A DNA stretch of 64,000 nt from Paramoeba atlantica (lineage: Eukaryota > Protista > Discosea). The position numbers and the translations under genes are program-made. The stretch spans positions 248,001-312,000 of the forward strand of contig CDRNVI010000014.1 of assembly GCA_977017575.1 (NCBI GenBank). The letters run 5' to 3'. A model generated the notes under the pieces. That model was not told the DNA's origin and made no database searches. It saw only the letters and a program-made list of their open reading frames with translations. Of this stretch, positions 49,601 to 60,419 are shown in pieces; position 1 is the first letter of the stretch; each line of letters opens with the position of its first letter.

Positions 49601-52600
49601 CAATGCAGTCGCCAAATTGAGTTGTAAAGATCGTCAATGAGACTTGTCATGTTTCGGGTATTGGTGCTCTCCTCAGACACACTGTTCCTCCCATTTAGAA
49701 AATAGCATATTGCAGTGCACAAAGATTCAATAGAATGACGTTGTAGAGTTGCACATGTGAAAATCGTCCTAGAAATATTTGTAATTTTCCTTAGTTGACT
49801 CGTTGAAACATCGCGTTGAAATCCTGACTCTTCAACATCTATAGTTCGTAAAAGAATATCGTATGTCGAGTACCACAGAGTGCTGCATGTTTTCTCTGGT
49901 TCTAGACATAAATGTTGGAAATTTCGTGTGGAAGGAGTTTGCGAAAACAGTATCCATGGTTCTCTAAAACGATAATCAGTGTGGCTTTGTGCAACAAAGT
50001 CAATTTCTGCTTCGCTCATTTGCAGTACTAAGTCTTTGAGCAGTCTTTGTTTCTGTATCAGCTGCTTTTCCATAAATAGCGATCCCCCGCATTCCTCTAG
50101 GATTTCCAAAATGTGAGACACATTGGTCTGTACTGATGAAAAACCTGCTTCTTCAAGATTTGGGCTAACGCTTTCCAAATCTTTATTAAACGCAGCCTCT
50201 GCTGACAAACGCAGAGTCGACCACATAGACGCCACCGACGTATCATGTGAAAAGTCCATGGAAACCGCCGTTTGAGTTTCTACGGGCTGATGTAAGAGGG
50301 TGTTGAATTCGTGTAGTGCGCGACCGAGTGCTGCCTGAGACTTTTGCGTGCAGTCTCGAAGGGCATGAAAAGAATCGTCCTTCCAGACTATACCGTACGC
50401 GAAACTGCGAATCTCAGCCTTGCGCCTGGCGTAGGATTCTGAAAGCAGTTTCTCAATATGGCTTTGGTACCCCTGCACGTAGTGAACCGTGTTTTCGATC
50501 ATAGATGCAAATTGGAGGAAGCGGTCATTCACTGGGATACTAGAGTGGCAAAATACGTTTTCTTCCTTCATCATAGATATTTCTGAACTCACAGCGTGGA
50601 GTAAGGAAATTCGTATCGAAAGCTCTCCAATAGGGGCACCTAGAAGAAATTCCCGTAAGTAGAAGTACATTTCCTTCGTAGAGGATAAATCTTCTGGAAG
50701 ATCCTGTCCGTGTTGAACAATTCGTGCGCGTATCACAGGAAACTCAAGAGATGCATTTCTTTCCTCATATAGGCGCATTTGGACAAACATTGCCTCATAA
50801 TTGTGTAGTTCTCGTTGTCTCATGGAGGACACAACCTTTTTCAAGGCTTTGAAATGCTCGTCTAGTACACTGATTTCATTCTTTGTGCGAGCTCCGCTCC
50901 ACTCGAAATAGTCCTTTAGTAAGACCTCAAATGTATTGACAAATTTCAGAACGGGTGTCGTGAGTGGCGGCATTTCGAAAATATGATTTATAAACCTATT
51001 TACTCTCAACAAGGCTTCGTCATCTGAATCCATCAAAATAGTTTCTTGAAGCTTAGAACGCAAGGGAGTCAAAACCTCTTTCGTGATGTGAACAATCTCC
51101 ACTGGGTTGGGTTCCTCCAGGCTAAATATCTTGTCAATCTTATGTTTGGAATTGTCACGCGATGTAAAGGGATTTCGCTCAGTGGGATCTAGGACTGTAT
51201 GAGAAGCTTCGAGCAATCCGGCAAGAATTCCAGACATGTTCCCTTCATTTAGTGACACGTTCTCAGATTTCGTACAATGCTTCCATTGAAGTCCACATTG
51301 AAATCCTGTCTTCCAGATGTCATGAGCCATTTCAAAAATTTCTGTTTTGGGTAAAATTGTGGGATGGTTGTCAAAATTAGTGTGAAGCACACGAGAAGCA
51401 TACTCTGGAACCTTAAGATGGTAGGATTTTCTTCGCATTGATTCAATGTACGTAAGTAGTACCTTGCGTGGAAAATCAGGAAGTCTGAGACCTGATCCCA
51501 ACTTTGATCTTGTTTTCTTCATGTCCATTCGGAGCCTTTCTTGAAAGTCACGCACGAGAAACGCATCATTAAATATTGCATAGTTGTCTTCCTCCGATTC
51601 CTTTCGAGTCTGCAATTCAAACTCAATATCCGAATGGAAACTAGGAAATATCTTCTCCAAAAGCGTTTCCGAATCGTACGTCGTCGAGTCGATATCAACC
51701 TGTTTACCGCCGTAGTATCGAAGTTCAATTCCACTCGTTAACTTTTCACCAATGTCCGTATTTTTCATTTGTATCCAAAAGTTTGAGTACATGTTTAGAA
51801 GAGAAATCAGCTCTTTTCCGTCGTGCCCCGGCTGTTGACACAAATAAGTTCGCTCTATGAACGTCGCGATTGTTTGCAGTCCTATCCAAATCGCATTTAT
51901 AGACTGATTCTTTTCGATGATTTGACGAATCGCTGTTTCAAGGGTATTGGAAAGATTTCCGTGAGAGGCAATCGGGAAGGAAACCAGATTCTTGAATATG
52001 GGAAACGCAGTGACGCCAAGCAATGATTCGTTTCGGTCAACAAGTACCTTTCCTGCATGACTTATCAAACGAATGCCAGCAGCAAAATATCGTGTTGACG
52101 GATGGCTCAACAACGACTCGTTATCAAGTACATCGAGGATACCTCCCGCCTGCTGGCGCATGTAATCAAATTCTTTTGTGGTAATAATGGAGTGCTTCGT
52201 GTCACTCAAACAACGATGCAAAACGCTAATCGCAGGAGTCACAGATTCGAGCATGTGAGCCATTCCATTAAGCATCACACCATAGAGTTGTTCCAAGAAA
52301 TTGAATTTAACATGTTTCAGCTGCTTCGAGCGGTATTTCGTCAAGTCTCTACGATATTGATCCTTCTGAAGGTCCACGAGATCAGAAATCAAAGACAGTT
52401 CGAGACACGGCGGGGGTACTAATACCGAGCCAATTGATTCTTCTAGTAATGACCATTGATCTAAAGCCAGTTGTGTGCGTGTGATATGCATTTCGTACTT
52501 CACGAACTTGCCCACTACAGACGGTAAGGCATAACACCAGCTGAATAAATAGCCGAAAACGATTAGAGTAAAGCACAACGATTCAAAGAATTGAGGAGAA

Positions 52601-55600
52601 TCAATTCCATGCATGTCAAGAATGTAATCTCTCCAAGAAGAGAAGTCTTTTTCGGGAACAGCTTCTGTATCTTTCTTCTGGTTTTTGTTAGCTTCAAAGA
52701 GGTCGTCCACAAGGCCACAGAAAGCCCTGTGTGTCAGAAAATGAGTCACATCACCAATATCTGGAATCGAGAGATTCAACAAACAATTTCGAAGTACATC
52801 GACGTCCTTGTTGGTTGACAGTTTTTCTAAGGAATTAACTGTCTTTAAAAAGGAGCTGAATGCACCCATAGAGATCTTCTGGCCTTCAGTTACGCTCAAG
52901 AAAAAGGACTCGGCTACCGTGACCCATAGAGAAGGAGAAATTCGATGTTGTACTTTTAAGTCGGACCAGTGATTCATTGAATTGCACCAAGAGTAAAAGT
53001 CACAAAATACCGAATCGCACTCACTTGTCCGCATCGTTGATTGGGAATTAAGGTGTATGTCCGGTATATGCAAAGCTCTGTCGCAACAAGCACCATAGGG
53101 TATAAATGAAATAGTCGCCATTTCTGCCGTGTTACGCATTTTCTCTGTCAAAGCAATTGCAGTAGTAGATATTCCCAGCTTTGGAAAAAGATATAAGGCA
53201 AGACCATCACCCAATTCATTCAATTTTTCTAGCCCATCGATGGCTTCGTGACGAAGCTCTTTGTGTAAAATATTCCATAATGTGAGACACTCCGTGATAG
53301 AGTGATTGGATAACTCTGAAAGGCACCGACTAAATTGGGTCATGCAACGAAAACTCTTCTCGGTAAGTAATTGACGCGTTTTCCCTAGTGGTATCGCGCC
53401 TCGCAAGTATGGATAAGCTAAATTTTCTAACCAATCGAGAAGTGGGCGCATTGTATTCGGCACATCTAGAAAAAAGTTTTTTTCCTCCGTAGCTAAGCCA
53501 TAAATAGAAGCAAAAATAATGCCACAAACAACTCGTAAAGCTTTAGGTAATTCTGGGGCCACCGAATAAATGTGCATAACGCCGCAAGGTTTCAATAAAT
53601 GAATCGCAATACTCCACGCACGTATGGCAGTTTCAGACACCTTTGGTGTGAGGGAGTCTTTCACTCTGAGTTCACGAGTAGGTGCAAAGTAGTCAAAAAA
53701 ATAAAGAAATCCTTTCAGTATGCTCAAACTCGAAATTGTGGGATGAAAAAATGAAGAAGTGCGGTTCGCTCGTACGCGTGATAAATTGTTTTGGGTGGCA
53801 TAAGCTTCATTCAGTGTTGAGACCAAATCATATGGCTTCCGAATATGTATTTCGTCGGAAGCATCCTGATTCGATTCGTCCATATACGCCTTAAAATGGT
53901 CGATTGGTGGCATGGGAGAGCCAGTTCTTAAACTCGCATTAACAACACAGGACGGATAGCTCGACGGGTCAATATTATTGGAGAAAATGTTCAACAGATA
54001 GGTAATGAATATCTCCCCATTTTTGTCTAACGCATACAGGCGGGCTGCTCGTATCATTGGCCGTGGATCGCCATTTGCACCGTATATCTCTTCTTGGAGA
54101 GTTCGAAGACGTTGTATCATTGAGAGTGATAAAGTTCCTTTCGATTCGTTGACCAAAATGTGATGCATGTCAGGGTTCTGGTTAAAACGAAATACGCGCT
54201 GTCCAAATTGAGACTCCCTCGTATAGTGGGCTTCGGTCGGGTCGATATTCCCATAATTCTTATCTATTGGGTGCTTCAGCTCAACTTTTTCGTGCTCAAC
54301 CGTCATAATAGAAGGAATGAATATCTCAATGCTTCGATTTCTCATAGCTCTGGAAAGAATACCGTTCCTAGGATCCATTGTCATAATAAGCTTAAAATTC
54401 TGATGCGGGTAGATTTCACAAGGTTTGCCGTCGACGACGCCTTGCTCGTTCACTATTAACCGACCTCCATGCTCCAACAAGCTGTTCAATCGATCTAAAA
54501 CCGTCGGGGAACACAGATTCGCATTTTCAAAAAGGAACCAATGCCCTTCTTGCACGGCACGTAGAAACAAACTATCCTTCCACGCAAATCCTGATTTCCT
54601 TGAGCCCATTTCTTGCGTGGGGTGGAAGCCCCCCAAGAGCTCCGCTGTGTCGCATCCAGCGGTAAAATGCATTTGCGTGAGTTTAGCGCCGCACATTCGG
54701 GCCGCGATGTGCACCAGAGTAGACTTCCCGGAGGAAGGACCCCCGCACAGACACACGGGGTGAAGTCCCGCCTGTAAGCACCAAATGAGCGTACGTAGCA
54801 CAGGGCTCTGAGAAGACAACAAATACAGAGATGGAGAAATCTTGCAGGTCGTTTGTGCCGGGGTCACGAAGGTTGAAACGGATGTAGTACCATTTAGAGC
54901 AGAATTGTTGGAGGTCTTCGCATTTGAAATAGAAAAAAAGCATCGGTTGTGAGAGACGACTCCGTTGTGAAACTCCCAGAGTGCACTTTCGCGTGCGCAC
55001 CGCAGACAAAGGTCAATCGTATGAGAAAGCCACTGCTCGTTGGAGTTTTGCGATATTAGTGTGCCGTTTTCTGTGCGATGTTCGGATACCCAAGCAACAA
55101 AGTCAGGCATGCGCGCAGCAACAAAAAATGATTCTCTGTACATAGAGTACGATTCATATGTACACAACCGTTGCAGAAGAACGCAATAAGCGGTATGAAT
55201 AATATGATGGACGATATCCGTGACATGCCCATCTTGCGAGAAAGTAAAACAAGCTGATTTCAGCCTATCTTTACTGGGAAATAGTGAGGCGATTAGCAAG
55301 TCCATCCAACGAAACAAATCCCGAACGTTAAACTCCATCAAACTCATATTTTCTACAGGTGATGCATGGCTAAGCAACCCGGATCTGTGCGGATCAGAAG
55401 AACGGGTATTTGCAAGAGTATGAAAGCGAGATATGACTTCCGCCATAAACTTTACCACAACATGTGGTAGGAAGTTGCCACTATGTTGATTTCTTGATTC
55501 CGCAACGCGCCACAAATCTTGAGATGACAAGGGCTGTACCTGAACAATGCTAAAACGGCTCAGAAAAGAACGGGGCAATCCCTTACGACCTCCACCATCC

Positions 55601-58600
55601 TGAAGAGGATTCTGTGAGGCAAATATTCTAAATTCAGGATGTGCAGAGACACTTGTGCAACTCTCAGGCAAGAACAAAGACCGCCGGTGGTCCAGAAGAG
55701 AATTTAACCCTTCTAAAACGGTTTGGGAGGCAAGATTCAGTTCGTCTAAGAGAATCCAAGTCCCATTTCGAACGGCTTGCAGCAGAAGCCCTTCACACCA
55801 CGTGACTTCCCCTCTTCCAGGAACAAAAGAACCGATTAGATCTGAGAGTTCCGTCTGCTCCCCAAGATTGATTCGTACAACTGGCCTGCCGGTAAGTGAT
55901 AAGGAGAGTGTTTCCACTAGAGATGTTTTTCCAGTTCCAGCGGCTCCTTCCAACAAAACAGCTCGTTCAGGCAATAGCATAGCTCTCATTATATTAGATA
56001 AATTTTTCAGCGTCGTTGGTGTGTCGAAAACATATTGTTGTTTTTTCGAAGACGGCAATTGTGGAACCTTCAGGGCGGAGCTGAGTTCCCAGAAAAGTTT
56101 ATCATCGCTACTCTCCTCTTCTTTGAGAAATACCACTTTTCCATGATGTAGAGACTCGGTTTCACTTATGCCCAACGATATCGACTTGGATATAAATTTC
56201 GCGAAATTCATTAAATCTCGCATGTTCGGACGCTGATGGATATCATCGTGCCAAGTTGCTTGTAAGAATGCGTCCCGTAGCGCAGCATCGGGTAAAATGT
56301 TTTTGACGGCTAGATCAAGATCCTCTGGGCACGTCATAGGTGGTACAAAAATTTCTGTAAACCGGTTCTTTAAGGCATCTGACAACTCTTTCTTTCCAAA
56401 ATCGCCTCCTGGGTTCATAGTAGCCATGACTAAAAAGTCGTGATGGGCATCTACCGGTTGTGTGGCATCAGCATATCCACGCTCGGAAAGAATGAGCGAC
56501 CTTGAATCATCAAGAACGGAATTCAAGCGCTCAATCACATTTTGCTCGGCTAAATTGATTTCATCCAACAGGACCATCGATCCCGTACGCATCGCACGTG
56601 TCACGGGACCATCGCACCACCGAAAACGAGGATGTGATGTATTTAAATTTCCGGTAGAAGACTCACTTCTATGTGATTCCGCCCCGGACTGAAGTTCCTC
56701 CATATGGGTCGGGTAAAGTCCGCCAATCAGATCAAAGGTGTCGGAGTTTTGATGACAGTTCACTGTGAAAAGATGGCGTTGTAAAATCTCACACCAGGCC
56801 TGACAGGCGGTTGTTTTTCCAGTGCCCGTATCCCCTACCAGTAAAATGCTCTCACGGTAAAGCACACAAAGCCCAATGAGAACAAGTATGCGCCTCATGG
56901 ATGTCGTAAGCCCCAGCGGTAAGGCTTCAATAGATTCCTTGTGCGGTCTCAACACCTCCCAGTTATTCCAGTCATACAAGGCAGCATCGCTGAGATCGAA
57001 ATAAGAATTTGGGGAACCATTATTCTTTTCTAGGTAAACATTGCGCTCACGTAACGAATTATGAGAAGGTCTGCATCTTCTCTGCAGTGTAGAGCGCACA
57101 AACTCACGTTCTGTTTCCGTGCGACAGCGATCCCCAAACAGAACCATGCCGTGCCATGCAAGTTCTTGCAACGTGCCGGGCCGGCGTTTAGCCCAACGAA
57201 ATAAATCGCGAGGAGTTAAGAACCCGAAACGGCCAGCAAGCACATGGGATTCGCTGCGAGCTCGCTGTAAGTCCTCCATAACGGCAATCATACGCCGTAC
57301 GAAATTTTCCGGCAGAGCAAAATGAGGTTGTGTTAGCATTTGTACAAGATCGGAGGACGTCATTTCTCCCACGTGAATTTCTAAAAATCGACTTCGAAAT
57401 GCTCTCGACAAGGCTTTTCGGCCTGAGTATCCCATTTGGCCGCATGGGTTTTGTGTAGCAAATAACCGGAAGTGGGCGTGTGGTATCAGTACCTCAGTGC
57501 TCTCCGGATGAACAAGTTCACGGTTATCGTCAAGAAGTCGATTTAGAGCCTCCAACACCTCACTGCTCGCAAGGTTCAACTCATCGAGTACGAGCCATGC
57601 TCCTGTCCGCACAGCAGAAATCAAAGGCCCTTCCACAAAGCGCAAGGAGCCGGACTCTGTTTGGGAGTACTGCCCCAGATACTCGGATAGCTCTGTTGCA
57701 TTGTGATTATTAATTCGAATGAATGAATGCCCCGTGGCTTCAGAGAGGTACCGCACTAACGTGGTCTTTCCTGTACTTGTAGGACCTTGAAGTAGTACTG
57801 CTTTGTTCGCGATGACACATCTGGACAAACTGGCAAGATGACGCATCACTGTTTCCGTGCAAACGAAATCGTCTCGCATGTTTACTGGTAAAGGACCCCT
57901 GGGGAGCAAATACCCTCCTACCAGGACTTTCTCAGGATGATGTCTCACATTCATTTTCTGGTTCTTGAAGTTAGGGAAGAGTGCATTTTGAATCATTTGG
58001 CGAACCTGGAGATCTCGCGGCGGGATCACCTGAGTAGCAAACGTCATGAGAAAGCCATCCATGAATGCCGTCTGTATTCCGTACACAGCAGCCTGTCCTG
58101 CTGCATAGCGCAAGGCACGGCACAATGTCCTAAGATTGTAGCAGGGTTTTTCAAAAGCGAAACCAACGTCACTTAAGCTGTGGGTATTTGAGCACAATTC
58201 AAGGTACAACAATACAATTTTTTCGGGAGACGGTGCTTGCGGAAGATTGCGAAGAAAGTGTTTCACAAGAATGAGGAGCTCTTCGGCTTCCTTCGGCTCA
58301 TCAACGTAAATTTCGGTAAACCGAGAGAGTAGGGATTGGGGCAGTGCCTTTTTTCCCGCGTCGGTTGGCGGATTCATGCAGGCGAACAAACGAAATTCGG
58401 GGTGCGTGTTGTCATTGTCTACGTCAAGGGTAGTAGCGATACGATCCAATACCTCGGTGGGCGCCAGATTTATCTCATCTAAAAGCAGCCATCCCCCGTT
58501 CTTCTTATTTTCTTGAAGCGCACCGTCATGGTAGGAAAAGAATGCCGGCGGCGTTCCTGCTTCCATTTGTTCCACAAGTGAGAAAACTTTATTGGAGATG

Positions 58601-60207
58601 CTTGACCAGAGTACTTGATTATGCTTTAATCCAATATGACAGCCCTTACGCAGTACGTGGAAAAATTTCTTTCGCAAACCGTAGTCGTCGGTGTTATTTG
58701 CTGCCTTTTGAAACGTTCGCTGAGTCGCCTCTAAATAACTCCTGTTGCGTTCCGCATTGAATGTCTGCGTAAAACATTTATCAAACTCCTCATACAAAGA
58801 TTGCATCATTTCGAAGGCACTCTTGGGTTTCCACCCACCTAGGAGGTCAGAGGTCTCTGTTTGATGGTTCACATTACACACATTGAACCGATCCTGCCCA
58901 CATAGCTGGGAGAGAAGTTGTACAGCATAGGTCTTCCCTACCCCACTCTCCCCGGAGAGCAGCACTGCCTCCCCTGCTCGCACACATGACGCCAGCCGCT
59001 CAAACAGACGTATCAAACTAGGACACGGGGCGTAGTCCGGTACCTCTCTTGATAGCGCACACAGTGATTTCTGTCCCACTGGCAACGAACAACAGCCCAT
59101 TCGCACCCTCTTGCTCCCGTTTTCGCTGTGGTACGTCACCTCCGGTACCTCTCGTAGGAGGATGTCCTCCGCTTTTCGCACATCTAGCCCTAATATCTCA
59201 CAAAGCGAACGACTCACACAAAGTCGATCCTTCATCGCCGGGATGGCAGCCACAAACACATCCGTTAGATGACGAAACACACACTCGCGACAACGAGAGG
59301 GAACATATCGCTCCTGACGAGTTAGGGAGGGAAGCTCTGCAGCGTGGTACACTCGAGCGCACACCTTTAAGAGTTGACGCAGCGGGGAACACATCACGTT
59401 ACACGCTCGGAGTTGATGCACCAAGCAATGTACAGGTTTTATCAAAAGATCACGCACCAGGGCATTTCCCAGGCGAGCACTGAACTGCTGCTGTACAATC
59501 GTCTCCATCTCATCCCACGGAATGGATTGAAACCGCACAGGACACCATGGCACCACATGAAGCTGTGCACGAGGTCGACCGTGCCAGACTTCCGGGACTA
59601 CATTTGGATTGCCCTGGCCTGCGTTTGTCATCTCCTCGCTGACACCCTTTTTTACCCCACGTCCCCCTCTCTGTGTGCGCCAATCTTGTGTTGTGGTCGC
59701 AATGACACGAAACGAATCCGCAATCGGAACCCACTCCTCTACGTCGGACAAGTAGTACCCTTGCGTGTTGTCCTCGATCCCCGCGAGTAAGGTTAAAATG
59801 TCATAACTCACTAAGTCAATGTCTTCCATTAGAAGCCACTCTCCGTTTTTCATGGCATGAGGCAGGGGGCCGGGAGCCCAATGCAGTTGTCCCGGAACCT
59901 CCGAGCACTGGTACCCCCCGATTAAGTCACGTGCCTCTGAGGTCTCATCGAGTAGTGCGGATCGAATTTGAGAGGGCATAAGAGAGGGGGGAAGTGAAGA
60001 AGAGGAGAGAAACGAAAAAATAGATTGGGTTTTGCCACAACCTGCGGGGCCGTAGAGCAGGATGATCCGGGAGGCACACAGCGCACTGTGGAGGAGGTAG
60101 AGGTTGGAGGTCACGGTGGGGGTGGGGATGAACGGCGGGGTGAGGGGAGGAGGGGGGTGGGTGGGGGTGGGTGATGAGGGGGATGGAGGGGGTGGGCGTG
60201 AAGTCAT
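46621..60207 (-). CDS. MDN1: Midasin (Rea1) AAA+ 60S biogenesis ATPase
   Basis: 4528 aa with six AAA modules (GPAGCGKT, GESGVGKT, GPTSTGKT, GDTGTGKT, GAAGTGKT, GGPSSGKS), an acidic tail, QLRCVLQPTK...GDYKTGKRLNIRR and a VWA MIDAS motif DDSYS...T...DG. Confidence 0.98.
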   Translation of the reverse strand: MTSRPPPPSPSSPTPTHPPPPLTPPFIPTPTVTSNLYLLHSALCASRIILLYGPAGCGKTQSIFSFLSSSSLPPSLMPSQIRSALLDETSEARDLIGGYQCSEVPGQLHWAPGPLPHAMKNGEWLLMEDIDLVSYDILTLLAGIEDNTQGYYLSDVEEWVPIADSFRVIATTTQDWRTQRGGRGVKKGVSEEMTNAGQGNPNVVPEVWHGRPRAQLHVVPWCPVRFQSIPWDEMETIVQQQFSARLGNALVRDLLIKPVHCLVHQLRACNVMCSPLRQLLKVCARVYHAAELPSLTRQERYVPSRCRECVFRHLTDVFVAAIPAMKDRLCVSRSLCEILGLDVRKAEDILLREVPEVTYHSENGSKRVRMGCCSLPVGQKSLCALSREVPDYAPCPSLIRLFERLASCVRAGEAVLLSGESGVGKTYAVQLLSQLCGQDRFNVCNVNHQTETSDLLGGWKPKSAFEMMQSLYEEFDKCFTQTFNAERNRSYLEATQRTFQKAANNTDDYGLRKKFFHVLRKGCHIGLKHNQVLWSSISNKVFSLVEQMEAGTPPAFFSYHDGALQENKKNGGWLLLDEINLAPTEVLDRIATTLDVDNDNTHPEFRLFACMNPPTDAGKKALPQSLLSRFTEIYVDEPKEAEELLILVKHFLRNLPQAPSPEKIVLLYLELCSNTHSLSDVGFAFEKPCYNLRTLCRALRYAAGQAAVYGIQTAFMDGFLMTFATQVIPPRDLQVRQMIQNALFPNFKNQKMNVRHHPEKVLVGGYLLPRGPLPVNMRDDFVCTETVMRHLASLSRCVIANKAVLLQGPTSTGKTTLVRYLSEATGHSFIRINNHNATELSEYLGQYSQTESGSLRFVEGPLISAVRTGAWLVLDELNLASSEVLEALNRLLDDNRELVHPESTEVLIPHAHFRLFATQNPCGQMGYSGRKALSRAFRSRFLEIHVGEMTSSDLVQMLTQPHFALPENFVRRMIAVMEDLQRARSESHVLAGRFGFLTPRDLFRWAKRRPGTLQELAWHGMVLFGDRCRTETEREFVRSTLQRRCRPSHNSLRERNVYLEKNNGSPNSYFDLSDAALYDWNNWEVLRPHKESIEALPLGLTTSMRRILVLIGLCVLYRESILLVGDTGTGKTTACQAWCEILQRHLFTVNCHQNSDTFDLIGGLYPTHMEELQSGAESHRSESSTGNLNTSHPRFRWCDGPVTRAMRTGSMVLLDEINLAEQNVIERLNSVLDDSRSLILSERGYADATQPVDAHHDFLVMATMNPGGDFGKKELSDALKNRFTEIFVPPMTCPEDLDLAVKNILPDAALRDAFLQATWHDDIHQRPNMRDLMNFAKFISKSISLGISETESLHHGKVVFLKEEESSDDKLFWELSSALKVPQLPSSKKQQYVFDTPTTLKNLSNIMRAMLLPERAVLLEGAAGTGKTSLVETLSLSLTGRPVVRINLGEQTELSDLIGSFVPGRGEVTWCEGLLLQAVRNGTWILLDELNLASQTVLEGLNSLLDHRRSLFLPESCTSVSAHPEFRIFASQNPLQDGGGRKGLPRSFLSRFSIVQVQPLSSQDLWRVAESRNQHSGNFLPHVVVKFMAEVISRFHTLANTRSSDPHRSGLLSHASPVENMSLMEFNVRDLFRWMDLLIASLFPSKDRLKSACFTFSQDGHVTDIVHHIIHTAYCVLLQRLCTYESYSMYRESFFVAARMPDFVAWVSEHRTENGTLISQNSNEQWLSHTIDLCLRCARESALWEFHNGVVSHNRCFFSISNAKTSNNSALNGTTSVSTFVTPAQTTCKISPSLYLLSSQSPVLRTLIWCLQAGLHPVCLCGGPSSGKSTLVHIAARMCGAKLTQMHFTAGCDTAELLGGFHPTQEMGSRKSGFAWKDSLFLRAVQEGHWFLFENANLCSPTVLDRLNSLLEHGGRLIVNEQGVVDGKPCEIYPHQNFKLIMTMDPRNGILSRAMRNRSIEIFIPSIMTVEHEKVELKHPIDKNYGNIDPTEAHYTRESQFGQRVFRFNQNPDMHHILVNESKGTLSLSMIQRLRTLQEEIYGANGDPRPMIRAARLYALDKNGEIFITYLLNIFSNNIDPSSYPSCVVNASLRTGSPMPPIDHFKAYMDESNQDASDEIHIRKPYDLVSTLNEAYATQNNLSRVRANRTSSFFHPTISSLSILKGFLYFFDYFAPTRELRVKDSLTPKVSETAIRAWSIAIHLLKPCGVMHIYSVAPELPKALRVVCGIIFASIYGLATEEKNFFLDVPNTMRPLLDWLENLAYPYLRGAIPLGKTRQLLTEKSFRCMTQFSRCLSELSNHSITECLTLWNILHKELRHEAIDGLEKLNELGDGLALYLFPKLGISTTAIALTEKMRNTAEMATISFIPYGACCDRALHIPDIHLNSQSTMRTSECDSVFCDFYSWCNSMNHWSDLKVQHRISPSLWVTVAESFFLSVTEGQKISMGAFSSFLKTVNSLEKLSTNKDVDVLRNCLLNLSIPDIGDVTHFLTHRAFCGLVDDLFEANKNQKKDTEAVPEKDFSSWRDYILDMHGIDSPQFFESLCFTLIVFGYLFSWCYALPSVVGKFVKYEMHITRTQLALDQWSLLEESIGSVLVPPPCLELSLISDLVDLQKDQYRRDLTKYRSKQLKHVKFNFLEQLYGVMLNGMAHMLESVTPAISVLHRCLSDTKHSIITTKEFDYMRQQAGGILDVLDNESLLSHPSTRYFAAGIRLISHAGKVLVDRNESLLGVTAFPIFKNLVSFPIASHGNLSNTLETAIRQIIEKNQSINAIWIGLQTIATFIERTYLCQQPGHDGKELISLLNMYSNFWIQMKNTDIGEKLTSGIELRYYGGKQVDIDSTTYDSETLLEKIFPSFHSDIEFELQTRKESEEDNYAIFNDAFLVRDFQERLRMDMKKTRSKLGSGLRLPDFPRKVLLTYIESMRRKSYHLKVPEYASRVLHTNFDNHPTILPKTEIFEMAHDIWKTGFQCGLQWKHCTKSENVSLNEGNMSGILAGLLEASHTVLDPTERNPFTSRDNSKHKIDKIFSLEEPNPVEIVHITKEVLTPLRSKLQETILMDSDDEALLRVNRFINHIFEMPPLTTPVLKFVNTFEVLLKDYFEWSGARTKNEISVLDEHFKALKKVVSSMRQRELHNYEAMFVQMRLYEERNASLEFPVIRARIVQHGQDLPEDLSSTKEMYFYLREFLLGAPIGELSIRISLLHAVSSEISMMKEENVFCHSSIPVNDRFLQFASMIENTVHYVQGYQSHIEKLLSESYARRKAEIRSFAYGIVWKDDSFHALRDCTQKSQAALGRALHEFNTLLHQPVETQTAVSMDFSHDTSVASMWSTLRLSAEAAFNKDLESVSPNLEEAGFSSVQTNVSHILEILEECGGSLFMEKQLIQKQRLLKDLVLQMSEAEIDFVAQSHTDYRFREPWILFSQTPSTRNFQHLCLEPEKTCSTLWYSTYDILLRTIDVEESGFQRDVSTSQLRKITNISRTIFTCATLQRHSIESLCTAICYFLNGRNSVSEESTNTRNMTSLIDDLYNSIWRLHCTLIQMTSYESREWVVLSSEASMYKICSNVEVILRNLPCSNAESVQKWLEEVLKVKSALTEYLSYAKSSQKSDLLPYENCINSLSFHLGDIAELSGKLQNFFDSSGGAYLRQTCLKHQKKKLQKRAREDASVVEHELKLPTRAFDLHTYILEYTKLTFLECTECMCEKKNRWLRSAHSLVLQSLPIHHKTLKIALFWSTLALRLGTAGLSPTTTSDTQENSEIENMDVQDGTGMGSGEGKKDVTQELENEDQFLTSEDMKNESGEKPEKQDRDDEQKPIDATTNFEQEYESLNEDSENSSEQNSDIENEFGQSGNNTTNKDQINSDEGGASENESLAGSEEKQKEDSSTGPMQSEKDGNNEDMDISDFHKEKDDGFISQDEEAQSGSESGRAKSLENEAFSSLSEDGASEDVMQENSEMSCDDESDRDEKSEDATCGQNLDSEMEGSHDDTDEQDDVSSQPTDLTHETPPSDRTQGLGSSSTTNGSSTSGAKDTLENNQENNAHSLPEQTNITSDMPQESLDGTENVDFAQDNTGGSYGAVSRLDGQKKTENSSDSRKQNFPKGDKALPRLEPTSIPHVDILPELIKVEAQDAAKHENTADAHVLAEETNINAKLGAAAIQSQVQCEKLEETLRDVERQVKDMDPGIQKSVEEKENESKLNTNVRGIHSAGRKVLDAADALPDEKSANSADVSPGDLWSTLLQESAPLSTHLCEQLRCVLQPTKVDRLQGDYKTGKRLNIRRLIPYFASNYRRDKIWLRRTLPSKRQYQIALAVDDSYSMQANRVTRESLSCVALLAQALHRLEVGELAVLALGHDLTVCHSFESPFYLETTGVECLRKLTFAQRRTRFKTFLEQTLDYMDYHRARSATQTSRGSSRIVQLLFILSDGQITEDRSAIRELQCRAQSNEQIIVLLILDAPPSPSQSEATGETPASRASVLDMETVEFTPEGGVRRQPYLEDFPFAHYLVVRDMSHIPVILSQIIKQWFDAATQY

Positions 60208-60231
60208 GAAAGAAAATGGTGAAGGAGGGAA

Positions 60232-60284
60232 CTTACTTATGACCGATAAACATGATGAAAGGACAAAAAAAGGAAAACGGAAAA
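60232..60284 (-). promoter_or_regulatory. Putative polypyrimidine tract plus AG trans-splice acceptor upstream of MDN1 (example of a window-wide pattern)
   Basis: Minus strand TTTTCCGTTTTCCTTTTTTTGTCCTTTC followed by AG dinucleotides (+ strand CT at 60236-37 and 60232-33) about 25-30 nt before the ATG. Similar tracts precede most genes. Confidence 0.45.
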
Positions 60285-60419
60285 TATCAATTAAAATCCA
60301 TTTGCCTTTATTTTTGGCCAGGGGAGCAGCTAAAAAACTCCTTCCATGCTCTCAAAACTTTTGTAACACTTTTCTGAACGGGGGTGTATCCACAGCAAGC
60401 ATTATGTATTTTTCTCGAA